This document shows, in pieces, positions 9,945-19,590 of a DNA stretch of 64,000 bases; positions within the stretch are counted from its first letter, which is position 1; every line of letters starts with the position of its first letter. Position numbers and translations under genes: made by a program. The notes under the pieces were generated by a model. The model saw nothing but the letters and a program-made list of their open reading frames with translations. It ran no database searches and had not been told where the DNA came from. The stretch is taken from contig CALMBO010000028.1 in NCBI GenBank assembly GCA_937860055.1, positions 21,881 to 85,880 on the forward strand, read 5' to 3'. This DNA is from an uncultured Verrucomicrobiota bacterium. GTDB lineage: Bacteria; Verrucomicrobiota; Kiritimatiellia; CAIQIC01; Lenti-01.

Positions 9945-10652
9945 TCACCGGCGGTCGATCCGGTAGGTAATCGGCACATCCACCTCGAAGCCGCCGGGCA
10001 GCGTGTTCGTCCCCAGGGGCTTCTCCGCCGCGCGGCGCAGGATGCCCCGGGCCCCCTCGGCCAGCAGCGCCGATCCGGTGTTCTCCAGGATCCGGACTTT
10101 CCCGATCTCGCCCGTGGACCGGATTTCCACCCGCAGCAGGACGGTGCCGGTTTCGCGGGAATAGCGCGCCGCACCGGGATAGAACTTGCTCTCCTCGATG
10201 CGCCTGCGCAACTGCGCCAGCCATTCGGCGCGGATGGCGTCCTCCCGGCCGGAATCCCCCTCCTCTTCGACTTCCGGTTGCGCCGCGATGGCGGGCGCCG
10301 ACTCGATCTCCGGAGGCGGAACTGCTTCCGGTTCGGGTTCGGGCTCCACCACGGGCTCCGGCAGGGGTTCCGGCTCGGGTTCCGGCGCCGGCTCTGGGAT
10401 GACTTCCGGCGGCGGCTTTTCCGCAGGCGCCGGCGGCGGCTCCTCCACCACCGGCATCGGGACGGGCGCCAGTTCCATCCTCATCTCCGGAAAGATCTGT
10501 GCGGCGCCGGAATCCGGCCACGCATCGAGATGCCGGCCGAAATAGGCGGCTCCCGCCCCCAGCGCCAGCACCAGCGCCCCGGCGGCAATCGCGCTCCACC
10601 GGTCGGCGGAGTCGCGCGCGGGCCTAGTCGGATGTGGCGCCGATGAGGACAT
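9945..10652 (-). CDS. tonB: energy transducer TonB
   Basis: N-terminal TM helix, Pro/Glu-rich spacer (EPEPEPLPEP), C-terminal TonB domain (GTVLLRVEIRSTGEIGKVRIL...). Sits directly downstream of exbB-exbD. The true start may be slightly downstream, because the annotated start overlaps exbD by 29 bp. Confidence 0.7.
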   Translation of the reverse strand: MSSSAPHPTRPARDSADRWSAIAAGALVLALGAGAAYFGRHLDAWPDSGAAQIFPEMRMELAPVPMPVVEEPPPAPAEKPPPEVIPEPAPEPEPEPLPEPVVEPEPEPEAVPPPEIESAPAIAAQPEVEEEGDSGREDAIRAEWLAQLRRRIEESKFYPGAARYSRETGTVLLRVEIRSTGEIGKVRILENTGSALLAEGARGILRRAAEKPLGTNTLPGGFEVDVPITYRIDRR

Positions 10653-11019
10653 TGCTTCTCCCGCAGGCGCGCAGCCGGTCCATCACGCCGACGAACGCGT
10701 CGAACGGCGCGGCGCGGTCCACGCGCAACTCCACCGCCCCCTCCGGGCGGGGGGGCAGCAGACCCTGGATTTCCTCCAGGGAAACCGGCGCGTCCCGATG
10801 GTAGAGCGTCCCGCCGGCATCGATGGACAGCACCAGCCGCGACGGATCTTCCTCCGCCCGCTCCGCCGTTTGGGCCGGGGGCAGCGCCACCTTCAGCACC
10901 GGCGCGCTGAACGTCGCCGCCAGGATGAAAAACAGGAGCAGCATGAAGACCACGTCGATCAGCGGCGTCAGGTCGATGTCCGCATCGAAATCGTCGTCGA
11001 GGAACCGGGCTTCTTCCAT
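10624..11019 (-). CDS. exbD: biopolymer transport protein ExbD/TolR
   Basis: MEEARFLDDDFDADIDLTPLIDVVFMLLLFFI... typical ExbD; ATG at 11017-11019. Confidence 0.8.
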   Translation of the reverse strand: MEEARFLDDDFDADIDLTPLIDVVFMLLLFFILAATFSAPVLKVALPPAQTAERAEEDPSRLVLSIDAGGTLYHRDAPVSLEEIQGLLPPRPEGAVELRVDRAAPFDAFVGVMDRLRACGRSNVLIGATSD

Positions 11020-11030
11020 GGTCCGGTCCT

Positions 11031-11627
11031 TCAGCGGTTCTTCGGAGGCGCGGAGAACCGACCGGCGTATTCCATCAGCTCCACCTGGAAGCCGCTGATC
11101 TGCATCCGGAAGAAATAGTAGAGGCACAGCACGGGGACGGTGATCGCCAGCCCCATGATCGTGGTGGTCAGCGCCTCCCAGATGCCGTTTGCCAGCAGGG
11201 CCGGGTTGGCCACGGCCTGCGACGCGATCACCCGGAAGACCTTGGAGATGCCCATCACCGTGCCCAGCAGGCCCAGCAGGGGCGAGATCACAGAGGCCAG
11301 CCGCAGCAGGGTCATCGCCCGGTTGACCTTCCGGAAGTTCTTGTGGAACAGGAATGCCAGCTCCGCGCGCAGGTCGTCGTGGCCCCGGCACGCTTCGCGC
11401 ACGGCTTCCGAGAAGATGCGGATCAAGGGATTTCCGGCGCGGGCGCCGGCCTCCGCATCCAGCCGCGAGGGATCGCGCACCAGGCCCGCGATATGGCGGC
11501 GGAAGGCCCAGCCGATCCAGGTGAGGTAGATGGCGTTCTTCGCGCACAGGTACGCCGCGACCGCGGCGACGGCGACCAGCGCCACGCCGGAGGCGCCGAT
11601 GTAGTCGTATATCCGTTGGCAGTCCAT
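11031..11627 (-). CDS. exbB: MotA/TolQ/ExbB proton-channel protein
   Basis: LGLLGTVMGISKVF...TTIMGLAITVPVL motifs of ExbB/TolQ. Confidence 0.8.
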   Translation of the reverse strand: MDCQRIYDYIGASGVALVAVAAVAAYLCAKNAIYLTWIGWAFRRHIAGLVRDPSRLDAEAGARAGNPLIRIFSEAVREACRGHDDLRAELAFLFHKNFRKVNRAMTLLRLASVISPLLGLLGTVMGISKVFRVIASQAVANPALLANGIWEALTTTIMGLAITVPVLCLYYFFRMQISGFQVELMEYAGRFSAPPKNR

Positions 11628-11649
11628 CGAAGAAGTCTCCTTTTCCTGT

Positions 11650-12684
11650 TTAATCGCCGGCCAGCGCCAAAACGATCAGTTCCACCAGAAATATTTTCCA
11701 GCGCCGGAACCCGCCGGCATCGCCGCTCCGCCGCCAGGCGGTGGCCGCCGCCCGCCGCAAGGCGGGGAATTGCTCCAGCGCGCGCGACACCTCCGCGCCA
11801 TAGGCGCCCTGTTCCCGGCGGCGGAACCGCCGGAACAGCGCCTGCCCCAGCGGCCGGACCGCCAGCATCCAGACCGCCAGCACGATCGTCGCGCGGACGA
11901 ATACGCGCAGGCCCCTCGCCCATCCCTCCTGCCCCGGATGGAGCAGCATCAGGACCGCCAGCAGCGCCGCGAGGACCGCGCCCGCCTTGAACGGCGTGCG
12001 CTGCCACCACCGCTTGCGCGAAGGCGCCGGCAGAACCAGTTCCGGCGCCTCCCCGGACACGGGAAGGGATCCGGGCCGGGCCGTCTTCAAGGCCCGCGCG
12101 ATCTCGTCCGGGATCGCGCCCGCCAGGCCGCCGGTGACGAGGCCGGCAACCGTGTAGTAGCCCAGATAGAAGAACAGGAACCAGGCGGTCGGCGAAAGAT
12201 CCCCTGGCCCGCTGCCCATCTTCCCCAGGATCCAGCGGCCCACCGCATCCACGGATTCCCACAGCGACTTTCCATACAGGATCGTCATCACCAGCAGCTT
12301 CTGCACCGCGCCCTGCCAGAGCGCCAGCAGGCCCAGCAGCAGCGCGCCGAGGCGGACCGACGGCAGAAAACCGAACAGCAGCGCGCCGGAAAGGCCCTGG
12401 AAGGCCACCGCCACGTAGGCCGGCAGCGGCGTGTGGGGGCTTGCCGCGGCCTTGACCAGCAGCACGATCACGGTGGCCTTGAGAATCGCCTTCGCCTTCC
12501 GTTCGGCGAAGAACGCGATCAGCGCGATCAGCACCACCGCCGTCGAACCCACCACGATCCCCGTGAACGGAACCCGCATGGCATGGATCAGTCCGCCCAG
12601 CCCCGCCTCGTTCAGGGCCCAGAGCGCCGTCAGCCTCTCCACGGCCCGGTTCCGGTCCAGGTCGCCCAGGTCCTCCGTCCTCAT
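11650..12684 (-). CDS. polytopic membrane protein, function unknown
   Basis: Start at MRTEDLGDL (ATGA overlap with the upstream methyltransferase); multiple hydrophobic helices; no recognisable catalytic motif. Confidence 0.4.
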   Translation of the reverse strand: MRTEDLGDLDRNRAVERLTALWALNEAGLGGLIHAMRVPFTGIVVGSTAVVLIALIAFFAERKAKAILKATVIVLLVKAAASPHTPLPAYVAVAFQGLSGALLFGFLPSVRLGALLLGLLALWQGAVQKLLVMTILYGKSLWESVDAVGRWILGKMGSGPGDLSPTAWFLFFYLGYYTVAGLVTGGLAGAIPDEIARALKTARPGSLPVSGEAPELVLPAPSRKRWWQRTPFKAGAVLAALLAVLMLLHPGQEGWARGLRVFVRATIVLAVWMLAVRPLGQALFRRFRRREQGAYGAEVSRALEQFPALRRAAATAWRRSGDAGGFRRWKIFLVELIVLALAGD

Positions 12685-13496
12685 CGCGGCGCCTTTTCCC
12701 ACGACAGCATCGCCCACTCGAAATCGTGCCGATAGCGCGCCGTTCCGTCCGCCCCGCGCGGCAGGCCGCGGTAGAACCTCCGCAGCCGCGCCACTTCCCT
12801 CTCCGTCAGTTCCCCCACCCGCCATCGCACGGCCCCGATGAAATCCTCCGCCGAGGCATAGCCCATCCCGCCCCGCGAACGCAGGAAATCCACGCGGACC
12901 TTCACGCCCATCTGGTAGAGGATGTTCACCGCGTAGATGTAGTCCGGCCGCGGCTCCATCTCCCGGTCGAGCAGGGCCAGGACATCCGGCCCGAGATAGC
13001 TCCCGCCGGCGTGCAGCGTCACATAGCACCGCAGGCGCGCCTTCCGGTCCATCTTCTCCAGCGCGCCCCGCAGGTCCTCCACGCCGAGGGCCCGGGAACA
13101 GATCGCGATATCCACCTTCGGCACCTTTGCCCAGGAATCGGTCCACGACAGCCGGTGCACGACGAGGTTGTCCACGCCGGCGCGCTTCCGGTGAGTCTCC
13201 AGGAACCGCAGCATCTCGGGGGAGAAATCCAGCGCATGGACCTTCCGGAGGCGCTTCGCCAGCGGAATGGCCAGGTTCCCCGTGCCGCATCCGATGTCCA
13301 GCGCCGTCTTCGCGCCCGCCAGGTCCATCCGCGCCAGGAAGGCGCGGCTGTAGTCGCTGTCGCCTTCGCCCCGGCTCCGCCGCTCCGCGCGCCGGTCCCA
13401 ATCCGCGCTCGTCCGCGAGCCGAACGACGACCGCCGGCACTGCTCCCGGTAGAGCGCGCCGAAGTCGATGTCCTGGATCAGGTCCTTGCCGAGCAT
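12681..13496 (-). CDS. class I SAM-dependent methyltransferase
   Basis: ALDIGCGTGNLAIPLA SAM-binding motif. Confidence 0.7.
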   Translation of the reverse strand: MLGKDLIQDIDFGALYREQCRRSSFGSRTSADWDRRAERRSRGEGDSDYSRAFLARMDLAGAKTALDIGCGTGNLAIPLAKRLRKVHALDFSPEMLRFLETHRKRAGVDNLVVHRLSWTDSWAKVPKVDIAICSRALGVEDLRGALEKMDRKARLRCYVTLHAGGSYLGPDVLALLDREMEPRPDYIYAVNILYQMGVKVRVDFLRSRGGMGYASAEDFIGAVRWRVGELTEREVARLRRFYRGLPRGADGTARYRHDFEWAMLSWEKAPR

Positions 13497-13509
13497 GCCC
13501 TGGGTTTCC

Positions 13510-15486
13510 CTAGAAACGGTACTGGACGCTCACGTAGCAGCTGCGCCCTTCTTCCGGATAACCTTCGTTCAGTTCGTAGTTTTCGTCAAAGATATTCCGG
13601 ATGCCCGCGTTCAGGCCGAATCCGCGCGGCAGCGCGACCTGCGCATCGAGGTGGCCCAGCCAGAACCCGTCCACCTTCGTGCCGGTCGACGAGGAATAGC
13701 GCGACGAACTGTACTCCACGTTCGGGACCAGCGTCAGGCGGGAACAGGCCTCCCATTCCACGAACAGCCTCAGGCTGTGCTCCGGCGTGTCCGTCAGCTT
13801 GATTTCGGGGTGCGAGAGGTTTTCGCGATGCAGGTACATGTAGTCGAAGCCCGTCTTCAGTTCCGGCACGACGGTCCAGGACAGCCCCGCCTCCGCGCCG
13901 CCGGCTTCGGTTTCGCCCACGTTCCGGAGCTGGTACAGCCAGGCCCCCTCCTCGTCCTGCGCGACGCGGTCCACCTGCTGGATCGTGTCGTCCAGGCGGC
14001 TGTAGAATCCGCACAGGCGCCCGTCGAGGTTCTCCACGAGGCGCCCCTCGTATCCGATTTCATAGTGCATCGCCACTTCGGGGTCCAGGTCCGGATTCGC
14101 CAGCGCCTTCCCCAGCCGGTAGGAGTACCGGTCCTTCAGCGTCGGGAAACGCGTCTTGCGCGCGACCGTGGCGCGGAACACCCCGCCCGTCACGTCGTAG
14201 AACAGGCCGGCCTGCGGGTTGAACGCCTGGTTGTCGTTGTCCTCGAAATCTTCGCCGCTGTTCGGATCCTCCGCCTCCAGGCTGTTCCGCACCGCGTATT
14301 CGGCGCCCGCCGCCAGCGCCAGCCTTTCGGTCAGCGCGATGCGGTCCTCCGCTCCCGCCGCCAGGGTTTCGTCCTTGTAGGCCGCGGTCGGGCCGCCCGC
14401 GTTGTGCTCGCGGTGCACGTCCTGCTTGTAGTGCGCCGCGCCGCGCAGCTGGTGCCTTTCGCCCGCGGCCGCGCCGCCCTCGACCGACCCGCCGAACGTG
14501 TAGTCGTCGTAGATGCTCGTCCACGACGACTTCTTCGTCTGCGTCGTGTACGTCGCGTCGTCGTACGCCTTCAGCGTGTTTTCGTAGGTGTCGTAGTAGA
14601 AACGCGGCTTTACGTAGCCTGTCCGGCCGACCGCGATGTTCCCGACGGCATAGGCGCTGTTCTTCACCCATTCCGTGTAGCGCCAGTAGCGCGGAACCGT
14701 GTTCGTGTCCGTCCCCGCATAGGCCGGCACGCCCTTCTCGCTGTCCTGCCGCACGAAGCCGACGGCCAGTTCGTCGCCTTCGTCGCCCGGCGTCCATGCC
14801 ACCTTTGCGCTGACCTGCAGGTCGCGCGTGTCCGAGTTTTCCCGCCGCCCGCCGTCCTCCGTCGCCGCCGGCTCGAAATCGTCCGAGACGCGGAAATGGT
14901 CGCGTTCGCGGTACGACGCCCCCGCCTGCGCGTACCCGTCGTCCCGCAGCAGGCCGCCGCGCAAGGCGCCTTCGTATCCCTCCCCGCTGAAGACACCCGC
15001 CCGCGCCATGAACTCCTCCGGCTGCGTCGGCCGCAGGCTCACCACGTTGATCGCCCCGCCCAGCGTGTTCGGGCCGTAGACCACCGGGCTGTAGCCCTTG
15101 GAGATGGACAGCTCGGCCATGTCGGACACGTCGAACCGTCCCATGTCCACGTTGCCGTCGTAGGGCACGTAGACCGGAATGCCGTCGATGAACAGCGGCA
15201 CCTGCCGGGTGTCGAAGCCGCGCACATAGGCCGCCGCCTCGTTGCGGCCGCCGATCCGCGTCAGCGTCACGCCCGGCGCCAGCGCCGCCGCGTCCGCCAC
15301 GTTGCCCCGCCCCCGCTGGGCCGCCTGTTCCCCCGTCACCCGCGTCGCCGCCCCGTCCCCCGCCGCGTCCTCCGCCCCCACCACCAGCACTTCGCCCAGC
15401 GCAAACACCGGCGAAGGCGCCTCCTGCGCCGCGGCCGGGAGAGTCCACGCCAGGGCCGCCGCCAACATCCAATTCGTCTTCTTCAT
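13510..15486 (-). CDS. TonB-dependent outer-membrane receptor
   Basis: Signal peptide MKKTNWMLAAALAWTLPAAA; TonB-box-like VFALGEVLVVG; plug and barrel motifs; C-terminal ...YVSVQYRF. ATG at 15484-15486. The longer annotated ORF upstream is non-coding repeat region. Confidence 0.8.
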   Translation of the reverse strand: MKKTNWMLAAALAWTLPAAAQEAPSPVFALGEVLVVGAEDAAGDGAATRVTGEQAAQRGRGNVADAAALAPGVTLTRIGGRNEAAAYVRGFDTRQVPLFIDGIPVYVPYDGNVDMGRFDVSDMAELSISKGYSPVVYGPNTLGGAINVVSLRPTQPEEFMARAGVFSGEGYEGALRGGLLRDDGYAQAGASYRERDHFRVSDDFEPAATEDGGRRENSDTRDLQVSAKVAWTPGDEGDELAVGFVRQDSEKGVPAYAGTDTNTVPRYWRYTEWVKNSAYAVGNIAVGRTGYVKPRFYYDTYENTLKAYDDATYTTQTKKSSWTSIYDDYTFGGSVEGGAAAGERHQLRGAAHYKQDVHREHNAGGPTAAYKDETLAAGAEDRIALTERLALAAGAEYAVRNSLEAEDPNSGEDFEDNDNQAFNPQAGLFYDVTGGVFRATVARKTRFPTLKDRYSYRLGKALANPDLDPEVAMHYEIGYEGRLVENLDGRLCGFYSRLDDTIQQVDRVAQDEEGAWLYQLRNVGETEAGGAEAGLSWTVVPELKTGFDYMYLHRENLSHPEIKLTDTPEHSLRLFVEWEACSRLTLVPNVEYSSSRYSSSTGTKVDGFWLGHLDAQVALPRGFGLNAGIRNIFDENYELNEGYPEEGRSCYVSVQYRF

Positions 15487-15836
15487 TTCGTCTTCCTTCC
15501 GTATTCCTTTTGAAATCCCTTGAATGCCGCATCCGCCGCCCTCCGCACCTTCCGGCGCAGATCCGAAAAATCGCGGATGAACCGCCGGGCGAACGGCGTC
15601 AGCTCCGTATGCCCCCTCGCCGCCCCTCCCTTGTGGCGGACCAGCAGCGTCTCCCCCAGCTCCCGTTCCAGCCGGTTCAGAATCTTCAGCGCCTTCACGT
15701 AGGACAGATCCATGTCCCGCGCCGCCTGCTGGATCGACCCGTGCGACCCGATCCCCTCCAGCAGCTGCAGCAGCCCCGCGCCGCAGAACTCCTCGTCCGC
15801 CTCGCTCGCCAACGCCAGTTTCACATGCAGTCTCAT
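15483..15836 (-). CDS. ModE-N-terminal-like winged-helix transcriptional regulator
   Basis: MRLHVKLALAS...GAGLLQLLEGIGSHGSIQQAARDMDLSYVKALKILNRLERELGETLLVRHKGG resembles the ModE/Mop HTH domain; 4-bp overlap with the receptor gene start. Confidence 0.5.
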   Translation of the reverse strand: MRLHVKLALASEADEEFCGAGLLQLLEGIGSHGSIQQAARDMDLSYVKALKILNRLERELGETLLVRHKGGAARGHTELTPFARRFIRDFSDLRRKVRRAADAAFKGFQKEYGRKTK

Positions 15837-15926
15837 GCCGATATATATATGCATGTATATCGGAAGGCGCAAGCGGAAATATCCGGCCCCGCGCGCGGGA
15901 AGGCGCCGCACGGGCCCCGCCGCCCT

Positions 15927-16010
15927 GTTTTTCCACGCAATGGAAAGACTTTCGGCGGATTTTCCACGCAATGGAAAAACTTTTGCGGATTTTTCCACGC
16001 TGTGGAAAAA
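15927..16010. promoter_or_regulatory. tandem (~2.5x, ~32-bp period) palindromic repeats TTTCCAC-N3-5-TGGAAA upstream of regulator-receptor operon; putative operator
   Basis: Read directly: tttttccacgcaatggaaagactttcggcggat / tttccacgcaatggaaaaacttttgcggat / ttttccacgctgtggaaaaa; each unit is an inverted repeat. Confidence 0.45.
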
Positions 16011-16049
16011 CGCCGGACCGCGATTCCCCGCACCGGGGGCGGGCGTCGT

Positions 16050-16565
16050 TCAGGCCCGGAATAGCGCGGCGATCTTCGCCGGCAGCGCGTCGCGCGTCGC
16101 CGCATCGACCTCCAGCAGGCGGTCGATGTTTTCCCGCGCGAAAATTCCCGTCCACGGCTCCAGCGCGCGCCGCTGGACCACCGCCAGCACCGGCGCGGAC
16201 CCGCGGAACAGCTTCGCGACCGCTTCGGCGAAGCGGGGCTCCCCGAGCTCGATCACCCCGAGCTCGTCAATGACGACGGGCCGCCCTGGCGCGGCCTCCG
16301 ACAGGCTTTCGACGGCGGCCTCCGTGAAATTCGCCCGGTCCAGTTCGTAGGCCAGGCCGCCGGGAACCGCGGGCGCGGCGATCCGCCTCGCCATGGGCCG
16401 GCGCCGCCCGGACCAGGTCTCGAAGTAGAGCACCTCCGCCCCGCGCCCCGCGTCCGCCCAATGCGTGAAGAACCCCGCAGGCCTGTCCCACCCCAGCCGC
16501 TCCATCGCGGCGCGGACCACCGTGCTCTTGCCGGAATCGATCTCCCCGACCAGGACGATCTTCAC
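16050..16565 (-). CDS. P-loop NTPase (THEP1/AAA-like)
   Basis: Walker A VLVGEIDSGKST; probable GTG start overlapping murJ stop (GTGA). Confidence 0.5.
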   Translation of the reverse strand: MKIVLVGEIDSGKSTVVRAAMERLGWDRPAGFFTHWADAGRGAEVLYFETWSGRRRPMARRIAAPAVPGGLAYELDRANFTEAAVESLSEAAPGRPVVIDELGVIELGEPRFAEAVAKLFRGSAPVLAVVQRRALEPWTGIFARENIDRLLEVDAATRDALPAKIAALFRA

Positions 16566-18169
16566 GGCCCGGGCTCCGCCGCCTTCTTCTGCCTCTTGGC
16601 GCGCAGGGCCTCGATCACGAACCCCAGCTCGGGGAAGCGGAAGGCGCGCGCCAGGCCGAAGTAGACCGCCCCGCCCAGCGCGATGGCCGCCGGGACGCCG
16701 ATGATCTGGGACGCCTTGCGAGGCAGATGCAGGCCGAGATACAGCCAATCCGTGAGGAAATACTCCGTGGCCACGGCCACGGCGGCCATGGCGGCGGAGG
16801 CGCCGAGCGCGCGGCCCAGCCCCTGGAGGATGCCGCGGAGGCCGAACGGCCCCAGCTCCCGCCGCAGAAAGTAGGCCAGGGCCAGTCCGTTGAATCCTTC
16901 GGCGATGACCGTCGAGAAGGCCATGCCCGCATGCCGCCAATAGAGCGGCAGCGTCACCGCGCAGGCCACGTTCAGCGTGAAGTTCAGCATCACCCCGCAC
17001 AGGCCGATCTTGACCGGCGTGCGGGTGTCCTGCAGCGCATAGAACGCCGGCACGAAGACCTTGGCGAGGCAGAAGACCATCAGCCCCGGCGCATAGAAGG
17101 AGAGCGCCCGCGCCGTCAGCATCGTGCTCTCCGGCCCGAACGACCCGTGCTCCAGCAGCATCCGGACGATCGGCGACGCCAGCGCGAAAAGCCCCACCGC
17201 CGCCGGCGTCATCACGAACAGCAGCGTGCGCAGGCCATGGTGGATGGCTTCGCGCATCTCGCGGTGCTTCTTCTGCGCCGCGAAATCCGACAGCACCGGC
17301 AGCAGGACCGTCCCCAGCGAGGTCGCGAGGATGCCCTGCGGGAAATAGATCAGGCGCTCGGCGTAGAACAGCGCCGACGGCGCCCACGCCCCCACCCACA
17401 GCGCCAGCATGCTGTTGACCATCACGTTGACCTGGTTCACCGCCAGCCCCAGCGCGGACGGCCCCATCAGCAGGAACACCTTCCTCACGCGCGGGTCGCG
17501 CCAATCCGCATCCACGCCGGGCCGCCACCCCACGCGCAGCAGCGAGGGGATCTGGTAGGCCAGCTGCACCGCGCCCGCCGCGAACACCGTCCACGCCAGC
17601 GCCTGGATCTGCCGCGCGGGCCCGCCCCGCACCACGGGGACGAGAAGCAGGATCGACAGGATCCACGTGATGTTCAGCAGCGCCGGCGTGAAGGCCGAGA
17701 CCGAGAACTTCCGGTAGGAATTGAGCACGGCCATCGCCAGCGCGGCCATGCAGATGAAGAAGACATAGGGCAGCATGATCCGCGCGAGGGGCAGCACGGC
17801 GGCGGCCTTGGCGTTGAGCTCCGGCCACAGCAAGGCGACGCTCATCGCCGCGATCCCGGCGGCCACGATCCCCAGCAGCACCGCGCCGACCAGGGTCGAC
17901 ACCCGCCGCGCCAGCCGCCACGCCTCGTCCTCCCCCTCTTCCCGCCGCGAGGCCATGAACACCGGCACGAACGCCGAGGAAAGCGCCCCCTCGCCGAACA
18001 GCGCGCGGAACAGGTTCGGGATGCGGAAGGCCACCACGAACGACGACATCGCCAGCGAGGTGCCGAACACCCCCGCCGTCAGCACGTCGCGCACCATGCC
18101 CAGGAAGCGGCTGAGCATCGTGAAGCCGCCGACCGTGAACGCGAACCGGATGACGTTGCGGTTTTCCAT
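16562..18169 (-). CDS. murJ: lipid II flippase MurJ (MviN)
   Basis: MENRNVIRFAFTVGGFTMLSRFLGMVRDVLTAGVFGTS...AFRIPNLFRALFGEGALSSAFVPVF, the MurJ signature; 14 TM. Confidence 0.85.
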   Translation of the reverse strand: MENRNVIRFAFTVGGFTMLSRFLGMVRDVLTAGVFGTSLAMSSFVVAFRIPNLFRALFGEGALSSAFVPVFMASRREEGEDEAWRLARRVSTLVGAVLLGIVAAGIAAMSVALLWPELNAKAAAVLPLARIMLPYVFFICMAALAMAVLNSYRKFSVSAFTPALLNITWILSILLLVPVVRGGPARQIQALAWTVFAAGAVQLAYQIPSLLRVGWRPGVDADWRDPRVRKVFLLMGPSALGLAVNQVNVMVNSMLALWVGAWAPSALFYAERLIYFPQGILATSLGTVLLPVLSDFAAQKKHREMREAIHHGLRTLLFVMTPAAVGLFALASPIVRMLLEHGSFGPESTMLTARALSFYAPGLMVFCLAKVFVPAFYALQDTRTPVKIGLCGVMLNFTLNVACAVTLPLYWRHAGMAFSTVIAEGFNGLALAYFLRRELGPFGLRGILQGLGRALGASAAMAAVAVATEYFLTDWLYLGLHLPRKASQIIGVPAAIALGGAVYFGLARAFRFPELGFVIEALRAKRQKKAAEPGP

Positions 18170-18173
18170 GGGC

Positions 18174-18842
18174 CTACTTCGGCGGAACTCCGCCCGTCCC
18201 GGACGCGGGGCACCAGGTCCGGACCGGGCATGCCGCGCACTCCGGCCGGCGGGCAAAGCAGCAGCGGCGGCCATGGAACACCATCGCGTGCGACCAGTCC
18301 GTCCAGTCCGCCTCGGGGATGATCTTCTGCATCGTCCGCTCGATCTTCGCGGCGTCCGTCTCGTTCTTCACGAAGCCGAGGCGGTTCGAAAGCCGGATGA
18401 AATGCGTATCCACCACGAGGCCCGGCTTCCCGAACACCGTCGCCACCAGCAGGTTCGCCGTCTTGCGGCCGATGCCCGGCAGCGAGACCAGCGTGTCGAA
18501 ATCGCCCGGCAGTTCGCCGCCGAATTCCGCGTCCAGCCGCGCCATCAGCGCGCGGACGTTCTTCGCCTTGTTGCGGAAGAACCCCGTCGAATGGAATTCC
18601 CTTTCCAGCGTCTCCTGCGGCGCCGCCGCCCAGTCCCGGGCGGAACGGTACTTCCGGAACAGCGCGGGGGTGGTCAGGTTCACGCGTTTGTCGGTGCATT
18701 GCGCCGAGAGGATGGTCGCGACGGCCAGCTCCAGCGGCGTGCCCCAGTCCAGTTCGCATTTCGCGTCCGGATAGGCCTTCCGCAGGCGGCGCAGGATGGC
18801 CTTCGCGCGCGCCTGCCGTTGCTGGAGGGTTTCCCGGGCCAT
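18174..18842 (-). CDS. nth: endonuclease III (DNA glycosylase/AP lyase)
   Basis: HhH-GPD fold with LPGIGRKTANLL and C-terminal 4Fe-4S cluster loop CFARRPECAACPVRTWC. Confidence 0.85.
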   Translation of the reverse strand: MARETLQQRQARAKAILRRLRKAYPDAKCELDWGTPLELAVATILSAQCTDKRVNLTTPALFRKYRSARDWAAAPQETLEREFHSTGFFRNKAKNVRALMARLDAEFGGELPGDFDTLVSLPGIGRKTANLLVATVFGKPGLVVDTHFIRLSNRLGFVKNETDAAKIERTMQKIIPEADWTDWSHAMVFHGRRCCFARRPECAACPVRTWCPASGTGGVPPK

Positions 18843-18848
18843 GGCCCC

Positions 18849-19541
18849 CTATGGCTCCGCCAGGTCCTGCAGATAGCGGAGCCGCCCGCTCAGGTAGGGC
18901 CCCGGGAACTGCTCTTCCAGCAGCGCGAGCTGGTCGCCGGAATCAAACAGGTTCACCAAGGCCTCGTAGTCGGCCCGCGCGAAGTTCAGCACGGACTCCA
19001 GCTTGCGGGTGGCCCGGTCCTGGACCACGAAGCAGAGCTGGTCGTCGGTCGAATCCTGCGCATCGAACAGCAGGTTCTTCTTCTCCGCCGGCAGCTTGCC
19101 GGCGTTCTGCTGGTACATCATGTACTTGATGTGCTCGACGAGGCGGGCATCGAGCCCCTCCTCCAGCAGGAAGATGCGCTCGACCAGCTCGCTCCATTCC
19201 ACCACGAGGTGCGCCTCGGGCGGCGGCACGTCCTTGGGCAGCAGCCGGTCCAGCTCGGCCATCGCCTCGCGGAAGGACTTCTCGGCTTCCGCCAGCGTGC
19301 GACCGCCCACGAGCGGATCGAAATGCACGAAGATGTCCTGCTCCCGGTCCCGGTAGATCAGCGGCTTGTCGACGCGGAAGCTTTTCCTGCAGCCCTCGCA
19401 TTCCACGCGGTTGACGCGGTTGAGCAGCAGCGCCTCGCGCAGCTCCGGCTCCGAGTCCACGTTGATGGAATCCCACAGCTCCACCCGCTGCTCCCGGCCG
19501 CACAGCGGGCAGGCGATCTCATGTTTTCGCTTCTGTGACAT
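18849..19541 (-). CDS. CpXC domain zinc-ribbon protein
   Basis: N-terminal CPLCGRE...CEGCRKSF pair of CxxC; CpXC family architecture. Confidence 0.5.
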   Translation of the reverse strand: MSQKRKHEIACPLCGREQRVELWDSINVDSEPELREALLLNRVNRVECEGCRKSFRVDKPLIYRDREQDIFVHFDPLVGGRTLAEAEKSFREAMAELDRLLPKDVPPPEAHLVVEWSELVERIFLLEEGLDARLVEHIKYMMYQQNAGKLPAEKKNLLFDAQDSTDDQLCFVVQDRATRKLESVLNFARADYEALVNLFDSGDQLALLEEQFPGPYLSGRLRYLQDLAEP

Positions 19542-19590
19542 GGAGCCGCATCATGCCAAGCCCGGGCGGGGAAGACAACCAGAACCCGCG

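Noticed and set aside
10798-11529. Plus-strand ORFs (106, 91, 129 aa) inside exbB/exbD
   Set aside because: Short antisense ORFs without motifs; minus-strand ExbB and ExbD are unambiguous.
13468-15513. 681-aa plus-strand ORF overlapping the TonB-dependent receptor gene
   Set aside because: Arg/Val/Pro-rich low-complexity antisense translation; the receptor on the minus strand has a signal peptide, plug and barrel motifs and a terminal Phe.
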